From contig CAZLCB010000003.1 of NCBI GenBank assembly GCA_964558195.1, forward strand, positions 1 through 43,395: a DNA stretch of 43,395 bases, written 5' to 3'. Shown here in pieces: positions 10,352-19,581 of this stretch (position 1 is its first letter; every line of letters begins with the position of its first letter). Position numbers and translations under genes: made by a program. Origin of the DNA: an uncultured Gammaproteobacteria bacterium. GTDB lineage: Bacteria; Patescibacteriota; Microgenomatia; UBA12405. The notes under the pieces were generated by a model that was not told where the DNA came from, did not search any database, and worked only from the letters and a program-made list of their open reading frames with translations.

Positions 10352-10750
10352 TTATTCCCAAGGTAAGGTAATTATTTTAGAGATAGTTTTTAGATAGAAA
10401 TCCGGTTTTATCTCAGAAATTGGGAGAGAATAAAGGCAAGCAGTTTTAATTGTGGCACCTTTGTTTTGGAGATATTCTTTGGCAATAATAAGGCTTTTAC
10501 CGGTTTCTAAAATATCTTCAACTAGTAAGATTTTTTGATGATTTAAATCTTCACAAATTTCAGTAGTAATTTTTCTTTGATCATTTTCTTTTTTGACAGT
10601 GAGACAATACATATTTTTAACTTGAAGTTTTTGAGCTAACAAACGAGCGGGGATAATTCCACCTTTAACGATGCCAACAATGATGTCTGGGGTGAAATTA
10701 ATTTTTGATGAAAGTGTGTCTATTTCTGTAATGACTTTTTGCCAATCCAC
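10352..10750 (-). CDS. Type I phosphoribosyltransferase
   Basis: IVGIVKGG, PRPP-binding ILLVEDILETGKS and terminal LPWE; GTG start. Confidence 0.88.
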   Translation of the reverse strand: MDWQKVITEIDTLSSKINFTPDIIVGIVKGGIIPARLLAQKLQVKNMYCLTVKKENDQRKITTEICEDLNHQKILLVEDILETGKSLIIAKEYLQNKGATIKTACLYSLPISEIKPDFYLKTISKIITLPWE

Positions 10751-10778
10751 GATTTAAGTATATATGAATAGTCTTTAG

Positions 10779-10853
10779 GGTGGTATGCCGGACTTGAACC
10801 GGTAACCTCAGCTTTCACAGAGCTGCGCTCTAACCAATTGAGCTAATACCACC
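10779..10853 (-). tRNA. tRNA-His(GUG)
   Basis: Cloverleaf: G-1, acceptor GTGGTAT/ATACCAC, anticodon arm CAGCT-CTGTGAA-AGCTG, TTCAAGT loop, discriminator C. CCA is not encoded. Confidence 0.93.
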
Positions 10854-10860
10854 AGGTAAA

Positions 10861-10888
10861 AATTTCTAATGTCGAATTACTAATTTCT
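10861..10888 (+). repeat. Four-unit heptamer array AATNTCT (degenerate)
   Basis: AATTTCT AATGTCG AATTACT AATTTCT. Confidence 0.75.
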
Positions 10889-10941
10889 AATTAAGAAAAA
10901 GACACTGAAATTTGTGGTTTATTTTAACATAAAGACAAGTT

Positions 10942-11649
10942 TTAGGGGTTAGGAGCTGTTTCGGTTGAGAGGTCGATAATTTTAGTGGCGTAAAAAGTGT
11001 TGACTAGCTTAGTATCCGGTTGAATAATGGCAATAATTTTTTTACTAGTAACGATGGTTTTAGTACTAGTTGATTTGGTGTTTTTTAGATCAACAATTTC
11101 GGTTTTAGAATCGGTTTTTATTTGATATTGACTGTTTTTATTTTTACTAGGGATGAGAACAAAAATAGGAGAGTTTTGGGATTGAGAAACATCGACAATT
11201 TGGCCAGTGACAATTTGATTGATATTTTCAATAGCTTTTGACTCAGTATAAACGATACGACGACAGTCAAGAGATTGATCTTCTTTGAGATAACCCATAG
11301 CGATGATGGTTTGACCCGATTTAAAGTCAGAAATCTTACCTTTTTGTTTTTTGGAATTAACGAAGGTAGTTTCTTGAGTGAGAGAAAGAGTTTTACTATT
11401 TTGATCTTTTAAGGTGATTTTGATTTGGTCAGCATCGACTTGGGTAATAGTGCCAAAAAATGATTTTGGTTGTTTACTGATGTTGGATTCTGTTCCTGTA
11501 TTACTAACAGATGTTTCTTTGACGATTTGTTTAAGAATATCTTTGACATCTTCAACTTTGTCGGTAGACGGAGATGGTGTAGCCGTTTGGGCGGAAACTG
11601 GAGTGGAAAAAATAAAATGGAGATAAATAAAGAATAAAAAAAATGTCAT
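10942..11649 (-). CDS. Hypothetical secreted protein with two OB-like beta repeats
   Basis: Signal peptide ending VSA, then two related G(T/Q)I..V segments. Start overlaps the upstream stop (TAATG). Confidence 0.6.
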   Translation of the reverse strand: MTFFLFFIYLHFIFSTPVSAQTATPSPSTDKVEDVKDILKQIVKETSVSNTGTESNISKQPKSFFGTITQVDADQIKITLKDQNSKTLSLTQETTFVNSKKQKGKISDFKSGQTIIAMGYLKEDQSLDCRRIVYTESKAIENINQIVTGQIVDVSQSQNSPIFVLIPSKNKNSQYQIKTDSKTEIVDLKNTKSTSTKTIVTSKKIIAIIQPDTKLVNTFYATKIIDLSTETAPNP

Positions 11650-12098
11650 TATATTTTTGCCGTAGAATAGGTAATATTAATTTGAATATCTTTTTGAGTA
11701 TTATTTTTGTCTATGGAGCTTATTTTGACAATATTAAGTCCAGTATCTAATGTAATGGGAACACTAAATTGACCATTAGTGTCACTTTGACCAATAAATG
11801 ATTTACTGGCAGTGGCAATAATAATATGACTATTAGGAATAGTAACGCCACTAATTGAAGTTTTTTCGGTAGAAACTAAAGCGTTATCTTCAGGAGAGTT
11901 TATTTGGATATTATCAATGATTTGATTGTCTTTAAGAAGTGATTGAGGTTGGGTGGGGATTAATGTTGGTTCGGTAATGATAGCCTTTTGATTGTCTTTG
12001 GCAGAAATGTTTTTGTTTTGAAGGGTAAGGTATCCACCAGTAATACCCAGACCTAAAATACCCCCAATAAAGGCAGCTAATAATATCTCTTTAATCAT
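11649..12098 (-). CDS. Membrane-anchored protein with bacterial Ig-like domain
   Basis: N-terminal TM segment; INSPEDN..ISGVT..GQFSVPITLDTGLNIVKI pattern. Confidence 0.65.
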   Translation of the reverse strand: MIKEILLAAFIGGILGLGITGGYLTLQNKNISAKDNQKAIITEPTLIPTQPQSLLKDNQIIDNIQINSPEDNALVSTEKTSISGVTIPNSHIIIATASKSFIGQSDTNGQFSVPITLDTGLNIVKISSIDKNNTQKDIQINITYSTAKI

Positions 12099-12210
12099 GG
12101 AATTAGGTTAATAATAACACAAAATGATACATATTTGTGAGGGATGGATGTGTAAAAAAATAATTTTGAAAGCTGGTTTTGGGAAGGGTTAAATGCTAGA
12201 ATGAGTTCAT

Positions 12211-12786
12211 ATGGAAATTAAATTTGTAAACCAAAAGACTTTTTATATTAAGGGAAAAAAAGAGGTGGTTTTGGTTAATCCGGCCAATGAGGATAAGGAG
12301 AAAATATCTTCCCGAGTAATTATTTTTACTAATGAAAGTTTAGGCAATCATAATTTAGAGGGAGATAAAGTGTTAATAAATGGTCCAGGAGAGTATGAGG
12401 TTAATGGGGTGGAAGTTAATGGAGTAAATGGTGAAGACGGAAATACGGTTTATAAAATTGGAATTGACGGATTTACTTTGGTGGTGGTGGGTGGTTTGAA
12501 ACAGGAGTTAACCGATAAAAGAATTGAAAAAATTGACGAAGCAGATATTTTAATTGCGCCAACGGTTATTGGTGAGACTCCAAGTTTTAAATTAATCAAA
12601 GAATGGTCAAAAAAATGGGGAGTAAATTATTTGGTCCCAACGTCTGAGAGAGAGGTGGATATGAAGGCATTTTTGGATGCGTCAGATAATGAAGGATTGG
12701 AAGAAATGGATTTATTAAAAGTAGAAAAACTTGACGATTTACCTGATGGTTTAGAAGTCAAATTACTGAAAAATTGGAATAAATAA
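12211..12786 (+). CDS. Degenerate MBL-fold hydrolase-like protein
   Basis: INGPGEYEVNGV and DILIAP resemble the beta-lactamase-fold family found beside dnaB, but the His-rich metal motif is missing. Confidence 0.55.
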   Translation: MEIKFVNQKTFYIKGKKEVVLVNPANEDKEKISSRVIIFTNESLGNHNLEGDKVLINGPGEYEVNGVEVNGVNGEDGNTVYKIGIDGFTLVVVGGLKQELTDKRIEKIDEADILIAPTVIGETPSFKLIKEWSKKWGVNYLVPTSEREVDMKAFLDASDNEGLEEMDLLKVEKLDDLPDGLEVKLLKNWNK

Positions 12787-12788
12787 AT

Positions 12789-14099
12789 ATGGAAGAAACG
12801 CTAAGACTGCCGCCTAACTCTGAAGAGGCAGAATTGTGTGTTTTGGGGTCAATTTTGATTGATAACGATGCGGTCTTGGGGGTGTCGGAATTTTTGAGGC
12901 CAGAGCATTTTTATAATTCGAATTATGGCAAGGTCTATCAAGCAATGATGGATTTATATGAAGACAGAATGCCAATTGATATTGTGACGGTGTCGGAAAA
13001 ATTAAATGAGGGGAAAATGTTAAAGAAAATTGGCGGTAAAGCATTCTTAACTAGATTAGCCGGAGAAGTACCGACAGCCGCTAATGTAGAAAGTTATGGC
13101 AGAATTATTAAGGCATTATCAGCAAAAAGAGAATTGATTTCAGCAGCAGGGAGAATTTCAGAAAAAGCCTTTGATTCAACCTTACCGTCGGACGTGTTGT
13201 TGGATATGGCAGAGCAGGAAATTTTTGCTTTATCACAAAGACATTTAAAATCAGTACCGTCTTCTTTGAAAGAAGTATTGACAGCGAGTTTTGATAGATT
13301 AGATGAATTACAAAAAATGGGGACTGGTTTACGCGGTGTACCAAGTGGATTTAAAGGATTAGACAATGTGTTAGCGGGAATGCAGGATAGCAATTTGATT
13401 ATTTTGGCAGCCAGGCCAGGTGTAGGTAAAACAGCTTTTGCTTTGAATATTGCCAGACATGTGGCGGTAGAAAAGAAATTACCAGTATGTGTATTTTCGT
13501 TGGAAATGAGTAAAGAAGAATTAGTTGATCGTTTGTTAGTGAGACAGGGGATGATTGATGCGTGGAAGTTAAAAACCGGACAATTATCCTCGGGTGATTT
13601 TGATTCTTTGTCTGAAGCCATGGGAATTTTGGCTGAGGCACCGTTGTTTATTGATGATACTCCGGGGTTAACAGTAACTGAATTAAGGACTAAGGCTCGA
13701 AGATTACAGGTAGATAAGGGAATTAAATTTATTGTAGTCGATTATTTACAGTTAATGCATGGAAGTACTCGGGATAATAGAGTACAGGAAGTATCAGAAA
13801 TTTCACAAGGGTTAAAAAATTTGGCCAGAGAATTAAAAGTACCAGTGTTAGCTTTGGCGCAATTATCCCGGGCAATGGAAGCCAGAGGAGGAAAGCCACG
13901 ATTATCTGATTTAAGAGAGTCGGGAAGTATTGAACAGGATGCTGACGTAGTGATGTTTGTCTATCGAGAAGATGAGGAAGTAAGAGAAATGGTGACATGT
14001 AGTATAGAAAAACATCGTAACGGTCCAACAGGAAGTTTTAATATGTATTTCAACGGGAAACAAATTAGTTTCTTTGATATTGAAAAAAAACAAGGGTAA
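12789..14099 (+). CDS. dnaB: Replicative DNA helicase
   Basis: PPNSEEAE, AARPGVGKT, VDYLQL, DLRESGSIEQDAD and KHRNGPTG; no intein. Confidence 0.98.
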   Translation: MEETLRLPPNSEEAELCVLGSILIDNDAVLGVSEFLRPEHFYNSNYGKVYQAMMDLYEDRMPIDIVTVSEKLNEGKMLKKIGGKAFLTRLAGEVPTAANVESYGRIIKALSAKRELISAAGRISEKAFDSTLPSDVLLDMAEQEIFALSQRHLKSVPSSLKEVLTASFDRLDELQKMGTGLRGVPSGFKGLDNVLAGMQDSNLIILAARPGVGKTAFALNIARHVAVEKKLPVCVFSLEMSKEELVDRLLVRQGMIDAWKLKTGQLSSGDFDSLSEAMGILAEAPLFIDDTPGLTVTELRTKARRLQVDKGIKFIVVDYLQLMHGSTRDNRVQEVSEISQGLKNLARELKVPVLALAQLSRAMEARGGKPRLSDLRESGSIEQDADVVMFVYREDEEVREMVTCSIEKHRNGPTGSFNMYFNGKQISFFDIEKKQG

Positions 14100-14107
14100 T
14101 ATTTTTG

Positions 14108-14191
14108 TGCCGAAAGAGGGAATCGAACCCCCATGGTATTGCTACCACACGATTTTGAGTCGTGCGCGTCTGCCAGTTCCGCCATTTCGGC
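14108..14191 (-). tRNA. tRNA-Leu(CAA)
   Basis: Acceptor GCCGAAA/TTTCGGC, anticodon arm CACGA-CTCAAAA-TCGTG, long variable arm, TTCGATT loop. CCA is not encoded. Confidence 0.94.
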
Positions 14192-14259
14192 TTAAAAGTA
14201 TCCTTATTATAACCTAAATTGGGGTTTTTAGCAGTGGAGTATAGATGGTAGAATAAAGT

Positions 14260-14910
14260 ATGAGTTTAGGAATTATTAGAATTGTTGCATCAGTGGTGTT
14301 TTTGTATTTATTATGGCGAAATTTACGTCAAAGTTATGATGACCAAAAAATAATTAGTTATTCGTGGTTGGCTTTGTTGGGTTTTTTGGTTTTTGGGAGG
14401 TTGGTTTATGGTTTGATTAATTGGGGAATTTGGAATAATGATTTGGTTGATTGGTTGTCAGTTTGGAACAAACCAGGAATGAGTTATATGGGTGCTTACT
14501 TGGGAGTGCTTTTGGTGTCGTGGTTGTATGCCAGGGGTCAACAATGGAAATTTTTAAATTTTACTGAAGATTTAGTGAGGCCACTTTTGGTTTTAATAGG
14601 TTTAATGATGGTGGACGAATGGGTAAGATCAAAATTTAGTTGGCAAGTTTTGATTTATATTTTGATGATAATTTTGGTCTATATGATAGCTAATTGGTTA
14701 GCCGGAAGATATCGATCTTTTGTTTGGTACAAGAGTGGAAAAAAAGGCTTTGTATTATTGGCATCTAATTTTTTATTTTTCTTGGTTTTGTCTTTTGTGT
14801 TCGGAGTTTTTAAAGATAGTTTGGTTAATTTAATTTTGGCTTCAGTTATTAGTTTGATTTCTGTTGTAGGATTGTTTATCCTAGGAGGAATAAAATATGA
14901 AAGAAAATAA
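14260..14910 (+). CDS. Prolipoprotein diacylglyceryl transferase-like membrane protein
   Basis: GRLVY and GMSYMGAYLG resemble the Lgt GARL/GGMS.HGG motifs; multiple TM segments; near lspA. Confidence 0.55.
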   Translation: MSLGIIRIVASVVFLYLLWRNLRQSYDDQKIISYSWLALLGFLVFGRLVYGLINWGIWNNDLVDWLSVWNKPGMSYMGAYLGVLLVSWLYARGQQWKFLNFTEDLVRPLLVLIGLMMVDEWVRSKFSWQVLIYILMIILVYMIANWLAGRYRSFVWYKSGKKGFVLLASNFLFFLVLSFVFGVFKDSLVNLILASVISLISVVGLFILGGIKYERK

Positions 14911-15283
14911 AAAAGAAACACATGTAACCAGATTACCGCTTAGATTTTTAGAGCCGATACGAAGGTTTTTGGAATCGGAATTATTAAAAATTAAGAGAAC
15001 TAAAAAAGATTTAGAAAAAGCTGATCCTTTTAAAGATGAGAATAGGACATTGGAAAATTCTGAAGAAGAGGATTTGGATGAACAAATTGGTCATTTTGAC
15101 AGTGAGGTTAAGGTGAGATTTCTGACCAAGAGAATAGTTCAGATAAGAAAAGCTTTGACCAGAATGAAATTGGGTAAATATGGTATTTGTGAATCTTGCG
15201 GTAAGATGATTGATACTGAAAGATTATCGATTAACCCAGAGGTAACTACTTGTGTTAAATGTCAAAAGGAAAAAGAGTCTTAA
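14897..15283 (+). CDS. TraR/DksA C4 zinc-finger protein
   Basis: GKYGICESCG..IDTERL..P..TTCVKCQ after a coiled coil. Confidence 0.9.
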   Translation: MKENKKETHVTRLPLRFLEPIRRFLESELLKIKRTKKDLEKADPFKDENRTLENSEEEDLDEQIGHFDSEVKVRFLTKRIVQIRKALTRMKLGKYGICESCGKMIDTERLSINPEVTTCVKCQKEKES

Positions 15284-15638
15284 ATTACTTTGGTTTTTAG
15301 TAATTTTGATTTGTTGGTGGTTGCATGGTTGGTTTTCTGGTTTGTCTGGTATGGAGATTAAAAATATGGGAGTTAGTTTTGGTTTGGGTGGCGATTGGGT
15401 AGTTGGAGTGAATTTGGTTTTATTGGTGTGGTTAGGGTATTTTGCTTGGAGAGAAAATAGCCTGGGGATTTGGTTGATATTGGTAGGTGGTGGGGTAAAT
15501 TTGATTGACAGATTAATTTGGGGATATGTTCGTGACTATTGGTGGTTAGGTCCGGTTTATAATAATATTGCCGATTGGATAATTTCTTTAGGAGTCGGTG
15601 TTTTTATATGGGAATTATGGAAGAAAAGGTTAAAATAA
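15252..15638 (+). CDS. lspA: Signal peptidase II
   Basis: NMGVSFG, NLIDRL..GYVRD and NIAD motifs; dksA-lspA-rluA synteny. Start is uncertain. Confidence 0.82.
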   Translation: MLNVKRKKSLKLLWFLVILICWWLHGWFSGLSGMEIKNMGVSFGLGGDWVVGVNLVLLVWLGYFAWRENSLGIWLILVGGGVNLIDRLIWGYVRDYWWLGPVYNNIADWIISLGVGVFIWELWKKRLK

Positions 15639-16291
15639 TTTTTGAAAATGAAGGTTATCTAGTGGTAGATAAACCAACAGGGATGACGACGACCAAAGAA
15701 AAAAAAGGTGAGGAGGGGACACTGGAAGATTACTTGAGAGCAAGTAAACCTAATGACTTACCAAGAAACGGTATAGTGCACCGGCTAGATAAGGGAACTT
15801 CCGGGTTGGTATTGGTGGCGAAGAATGATTTCTCTTTTAAGAATTTCAAAAATCAATTTAAAAATAGAAGTTTGACGAAAAAATACTATTGTTTGGTTGG
15901 AGGTGAGGCGGTAATGGATGGTAGTATAAGCTGGCCGATAGGGAGATCAAAATACGGATTTGGGAAATTCGGGGTAACAGTCGATGGCAAAGAAGCTTTA
16001 ACGGAATTTAAATTAGTAAAGAAATATAAAAGAAATGGTAAAAAATACAGCTTGTTGGAAATAAATTTAAAGACCGGAAGAACTCATCAGATCAGGGTTC
16101 ATTTAAGTTATTTAAAATGGCCATTAGTAGGGGATAAATTGTATGGCGGTGAATCAGATGTTTTGACCAGACCTTTTTTACAAGCGTTTTATTTGAAAAT
16201 TAGAGATCCGGTTTCCGGTAAAGAAAAATTTTTTGAAACAAAATTAGCTGATGATTTAGAAGAGCATTTGAAACTTTATGAAGAACAGTAA
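15617..16291 (+). CDS. RluA-family pseudouridine synthase
   Basis: VDKPTG, IVHRLDKGTSG, TGRTHQIRVH and GDKLYG; start placed at MEEK. Confidence 0.93.
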   Translation: MEEKVKIIFENEGYLVVDKPTGMTTTKEKKGEEGTLEDYLRASKPNDLPRNGIVHRLDKGTSGLVLVAKNDFSFKNFKNQFKNRSLTKKYYCLVGGEAVMDGSISWPIGRSKYGFGKFGVTVDGKEALTEFKLVKKYKRNGKKYSLLEINLKTGRTHQIRVHLSYLKWPLVGDKLYGGESDVLTRPFLQAFYLKIRDPVSGKEKFFETKLADDLEEHLKLYEEQ

Positions 16292-17078
16292 ATTTAAAAT
16301 TATCTTATCTTTAGGTTTGATAGTGTTTTTTTTGACAGCTATTTTGGTAGCTAGTATCAAAAAGAAAGATGAGAGTGGTAGTGATTATAAAATTGGGATT
16401 TTGGCTGATGATGGTATAGCTATGGTGTCAATATCTAAAGACAGACAGATGATTAATTTTTTATCTTTGGCTGATGAGTCTCAATTATGGATTCCTGGTG
16501 GAATGGGGTGGTATAGAAATCAGGTAATAAAAAGGGTCTTGACTCAGGAAAAAAAAGTTAGTTTGGTTAAGGATATTTTATTTTTTAATTTTGGTTTTAT
16601 AGCGGATAAAACGGTGATTTTGGATAAAACTGGTGATTGGCAACAAAAATTTTGGTGGCAACTTTTTAGAAATAACAACTTGATCAGAAAAACCGAAAAA
16701 ATGGAAGGTGATGTAGATAAGAATGAATTATTTTTGGACAAAATAATGTCCAGAGATTTTTCGGAAACGAAAGTTATTAATGACGATTTGAAATTGTCAG
16801 TGATTAATTCTAGTGGAGTTGATGGTTTGGCAGGCTTTGTAACAAAACAACTTGAAAGGTCAGGTTTTTCTGTGGTCTCATTAATAGATGGAGAAGGGTT
16901 AGATAATTGTAAGATTTTATATGGTAGAGGGGTGGATAAAACTTTTTCTTGGCAAGTGATAAAGAAGATATTTGCTTGTGATTATGCCGAAGATTTATCA
17001 ACAAACGAAGGGGAAGTAGAAATTTATTTGGGGAGAAATTTTTCGGAAGTGATAAAATACCCTAGTTATAAAAAGTAA
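16278..17078 (+). CDS. Membrane protein with LytR C-terminal domain
   Basis: N-terminal TM segment; VINSSGVDGLAG..LERSGF and IYLGRNF fit the LytR_C pattern. Confidence 0.7.
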   Translation: MKNSKFKIILSLGLIVFFLTAILVASIKKKDESGSDYKIGILADDGIAMVSISKDRQMINFLSLADESQLWIPGGMGWYRNQVIKRVLTQEKKVSLVKDILFFNFGFIADKTVILDKTGDWQQKFWWQLFRNNNLIRKTEKMEGDVDKNELFLDKIMSRDFSETKVINDDLKLSVINSSGVDGLAGFVTKQLERSGFSVVSLIDGEGLDNCKILYGRGVDKTFSWQVIKKIFACDYAEDLSTNEGEVEIYLGRNFSEVIKYPSYKK

Positions 17079-17084
17079 GATTTT

Positions 17085-17789
17085 ATGTCAGGACATTCTA
17101 AATGGGCTAATATTAAAAACCGAAAAGGAGCCCAAGATAAAAAGCGAAGTGAAGCTTTTACAAAAATTTCTAAAAATATATTAACAGCTATTAGGTTGGG
17201 AGGCGGAAGTACTAATCCGGAGGTTAATGGGGCTTTGAAAGTAGCTATCGATAAAGCTAGGGAAGTAAATATGCCCAAAGAAAATATTCAGAGACTATTG
17301 GATAGATTTGAAGAAAGAAAAGCTAATTTGGTAAGTGTGGTATTGGAAGGTTATGGTCCTTTTGGAGTACCAGTGATTGTGGAGGGAGAAACAGATAATA
17401 AAAACCGCATTTTGGGGGAAATAAAATTAATTTTTAAAAATTATGGCGGGGCTTTGGGTGAGTCGAATTCAGTAATGTATCAATTTGACAGAGTGGGTGA
17501 GGTGGAATTAGAAAATATAACAGAAGAAAACCAATTAGAGTTAATTGATTTTGGAGCGATAGATTTTGATGAAAATACAGTAATAGTGGAACCGTTATTA
17601 CTGAACGATTTTGTAAAAAAGGTTGAAGAGTTAGGGTTTAAAGTGATTAGGTCGGAAATGGTTTATCGGGCAAAAAATCCGACAATATTGCAAAGTGAAG
17701 AGCAAGTAGAAAAGATAATGGATTTTATTGATGAGTTGGAATCTAATGATGATGTTCTTGGTGTTTTTTGCGGTTTTGATTATAATTAG
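17085..17789 (+). CDS. yebC: YebC/PmpR family protein
   Basis: MSGHSKWANIK, NMPKENI, EGYGPFG and TDNKNR. Confidence 0.95.
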   Translation: MSGHSKWANIKNRKGAQDKKRSEAFTKISKNILTAIRLGGGSTNPEVNGALKVAIDKAREVNMPKENIQRLLDRFEERKANLVSVVLEGYGPFGVPVIVEGETDNKNRILGEIKLIFKNYGGALGESNSVMYQFDRVGEVELENITEENQLELIDFGAIDFDENTVIVEPLLLNDFVKKVEELGFKVIRSEMVYRAKNPTILQSEEQVEKIMDFIDELESNDDVLGVFCGFDYN

Positions 17790-17792
17790 GCT

Positions 17793-18578
17793 ATGCCGAA
17801 ACGGATTAAATATTTAATTTCTTCGGTTATTGCGGTTTCAGGGTTTTATTTTTTTATAAGTTTGCCTTATTCATCTCATTACTATGGTTTATTGGTAGGG
17901 GCAGTGTTGACGGCTTTTTGTTTTTGGTTTGGATTAGGGATTATTTTTAATCAGAGTCTTTATATTAGATTAATGTCGGTGATTTTACCGGTAGGTTTTT
18001 TTGTAGGATTTGGCTTGTTCGCGGCTTTGTTACCTCAGACATTTTTGACAGTTTTATTAACAAGTTTGTTTTTTGGAATTGTAGTTTATGTGATGTTTTT
18101 AGTGGAAAATGTATTTTTGGTTTCAATAGGCTACAGAACGCCACCCCTCTATCGGGCAGCTTACACAGTGGGATTAGTCTTGTTGTTATTAACAACTTTC
18201 TTTTTGTTTGATAGTCTTTTTTCTTTTAAAGTAATTTATTGGTTGAATGCAATTTTTGTTTTTATAATATCTTTGGTAATTTTTATGTATTTGTTTTACA
18301 GTGTAACAATTGAGTTGGCTGATGATGGAAAAGAAAAGAGTTTTTGGACTTATGTGTTGACGCCAGCGTTTTTAATGTCTCAATTTGGTTTAGCCATGTC
18401 ATTTTGGCCGGTAGGAATATTTAAAGGGTCAATATATTTAGTGGCGGCGGTTTATGTAATCTCTGGTCTAATACAATTAGATTTAAGAGATAGACTTTTT
18501 AGGAAAAGTTCAATTGTTTTTTCTTGGATTGCGGTGGCAATAGTAGTAGGAATAATAATCACCACTAGTTGGCGTTAA
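17793..18578 (+). CDS. Polytopic membrane protein of unknown function
   Basis: About 9 hydrophobic segments; ENVF..S..RTPPLYRAA; TATAAT 6 nt before the ATG. Confidence 0.7.
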   Translation: MPKRIKYLISSVIAVSGFYFFISLPYSSHYYGLLVGAVLTAFCFWFGLGIIFNQSLYIRLMSVILPVGFFVGFGLFAALLPQTFLTVLLTSLFFGIVVYVMFLVENVFLVSIGYRTPPLYRAAYTVGLVLLLLTTFFLFDSLFSFKVIYWLNAIFVFIISLVIFMYLFYSVTIELADDGKEKSFWTYVLTPAFLMSQFGLAMSFWPVGIFKGSIYLVAAVYVISGLIQLDLRDRLFRKSSIVFSWIAVAIVVGIIITTSWR

Positions 18579-19525
18579 GATTTTGACAATCGGGATTGAA
18601 TACTAGTAATAGCAATAGCGTTAATAATATCTTCGGCGTTGCAGCCGCGGGATAGATCGTTGATAGGTTGATTTAGTCCTTGAGAAATTGGTCCGACAGC
18701 TTGAGTGTTGGCTAAACGCTCAATTAATTTATAGGCAATATTTCCGGAATTAAGATCGGGGAATATTAAAATATTGGCATCACCTTTGATTAATCCTTGA
18801 GGATTTTTTGACTCACCAACTTCAGGAACAATAGCAGCATCGGCTTGAATTGGTCCATCAACTATTAAATTTGGGTTTAGTTGTTTGATTTTTTGGGTGG
18901 TTAGTTTAACTTTATCAACAGCTTCACCTTTACCACTGTCTCCAGTAGAAAAAGAGAGTATAGCAACTTTTGGTTCAGCTCCAATTAAATTGCGGAATGA
19001 TTCGGCTGATTGAATAGCAATTTGGGCTAATTCATCTGGATTAGGATTAATATTTAAACCGCAATCGGCAAAAATGAAAGTTCCTTGAAAACCAAAATTA
19101 GTTAAAGGGGATTGCATGAGCATAAAACTTGAGGCGAGATCATATCTTGATTCGGCTTTAACGATTTGGAGGGCGGGGCGAAATGTTTCTTGAGTGGTAG
19201 TGTTGGCACCAGCAACTAAGCCGTCAGCTAAATGGTTTTTAACCATCATAGTGCCAAAATATATTGGTTTTAAAAGTAATTGTTGTGCCTCTGTTAGGGT
19301 TAATCCTTTGGTTTGTCGAAGTTCAAATAATTGTCGAGAAAATTGTTGGTAAAGATCAGGGTGAGTTTGAATATAATTCTGATCAACAAGAAGAATGTCG
19401 GCAATTTTTTGTTCGGTACAAATTTTGGCAGCCTGTTGGATTCGGTGATCTTCGGCTTCAGTAAGAATGATTTTTTTAATGTCTAATTGAGCTTGTTTTC
19501 TAATATTTTCTATAAGTGAAGTCAT
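18575..19525 (-). CDS. pta: Phosphate acetyltransferase
   Basis: FADCG, AILSFST, DGPIQADAA, FPDLNSGNIAYK and NDLSRGC. Start moved to 19525, where TATAAT lies 6 nt upstream. Confidence 0.95.
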   Translation of the reverse strand: MTSLIENIRKQAQLDIKKIILTEAEDHRIQQAAKICTEQKIADILLVDQNYIQTHPDLYQQFSRQLFELRQTKGLTLTEAQQLLLKPIYFGTMMVKNHLADGLVAGANTTTQETFRPALQIVKAESRYDLASSFMLMQSPLTNFGFQGTFIFADCGLNINPNPDELAQIAIQSAESFRNLIGAEPKVAILSFSTGDSGKGEAVDKVKLTTQKIKQLNPNLIVDGPIQADAAIVPEVGESKNPQGLIKGDANILIFPDLNSGNIAYKLIERLANTQAVGPISQGLNQPINDLSRGCNAEDIINAIAITSIQSRLSKS

Positions 19526-19581
19526 AAGTCGATTATATATCAAAAATTAAGCTTAAAATAGGTTATAATGGATTTTGTTAA

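Noticed and set aside
13961-14185. 74-aa minus-strand ORF
   Set aside because: It is a translation of tRNA-Leu and the antisense of dnaB.
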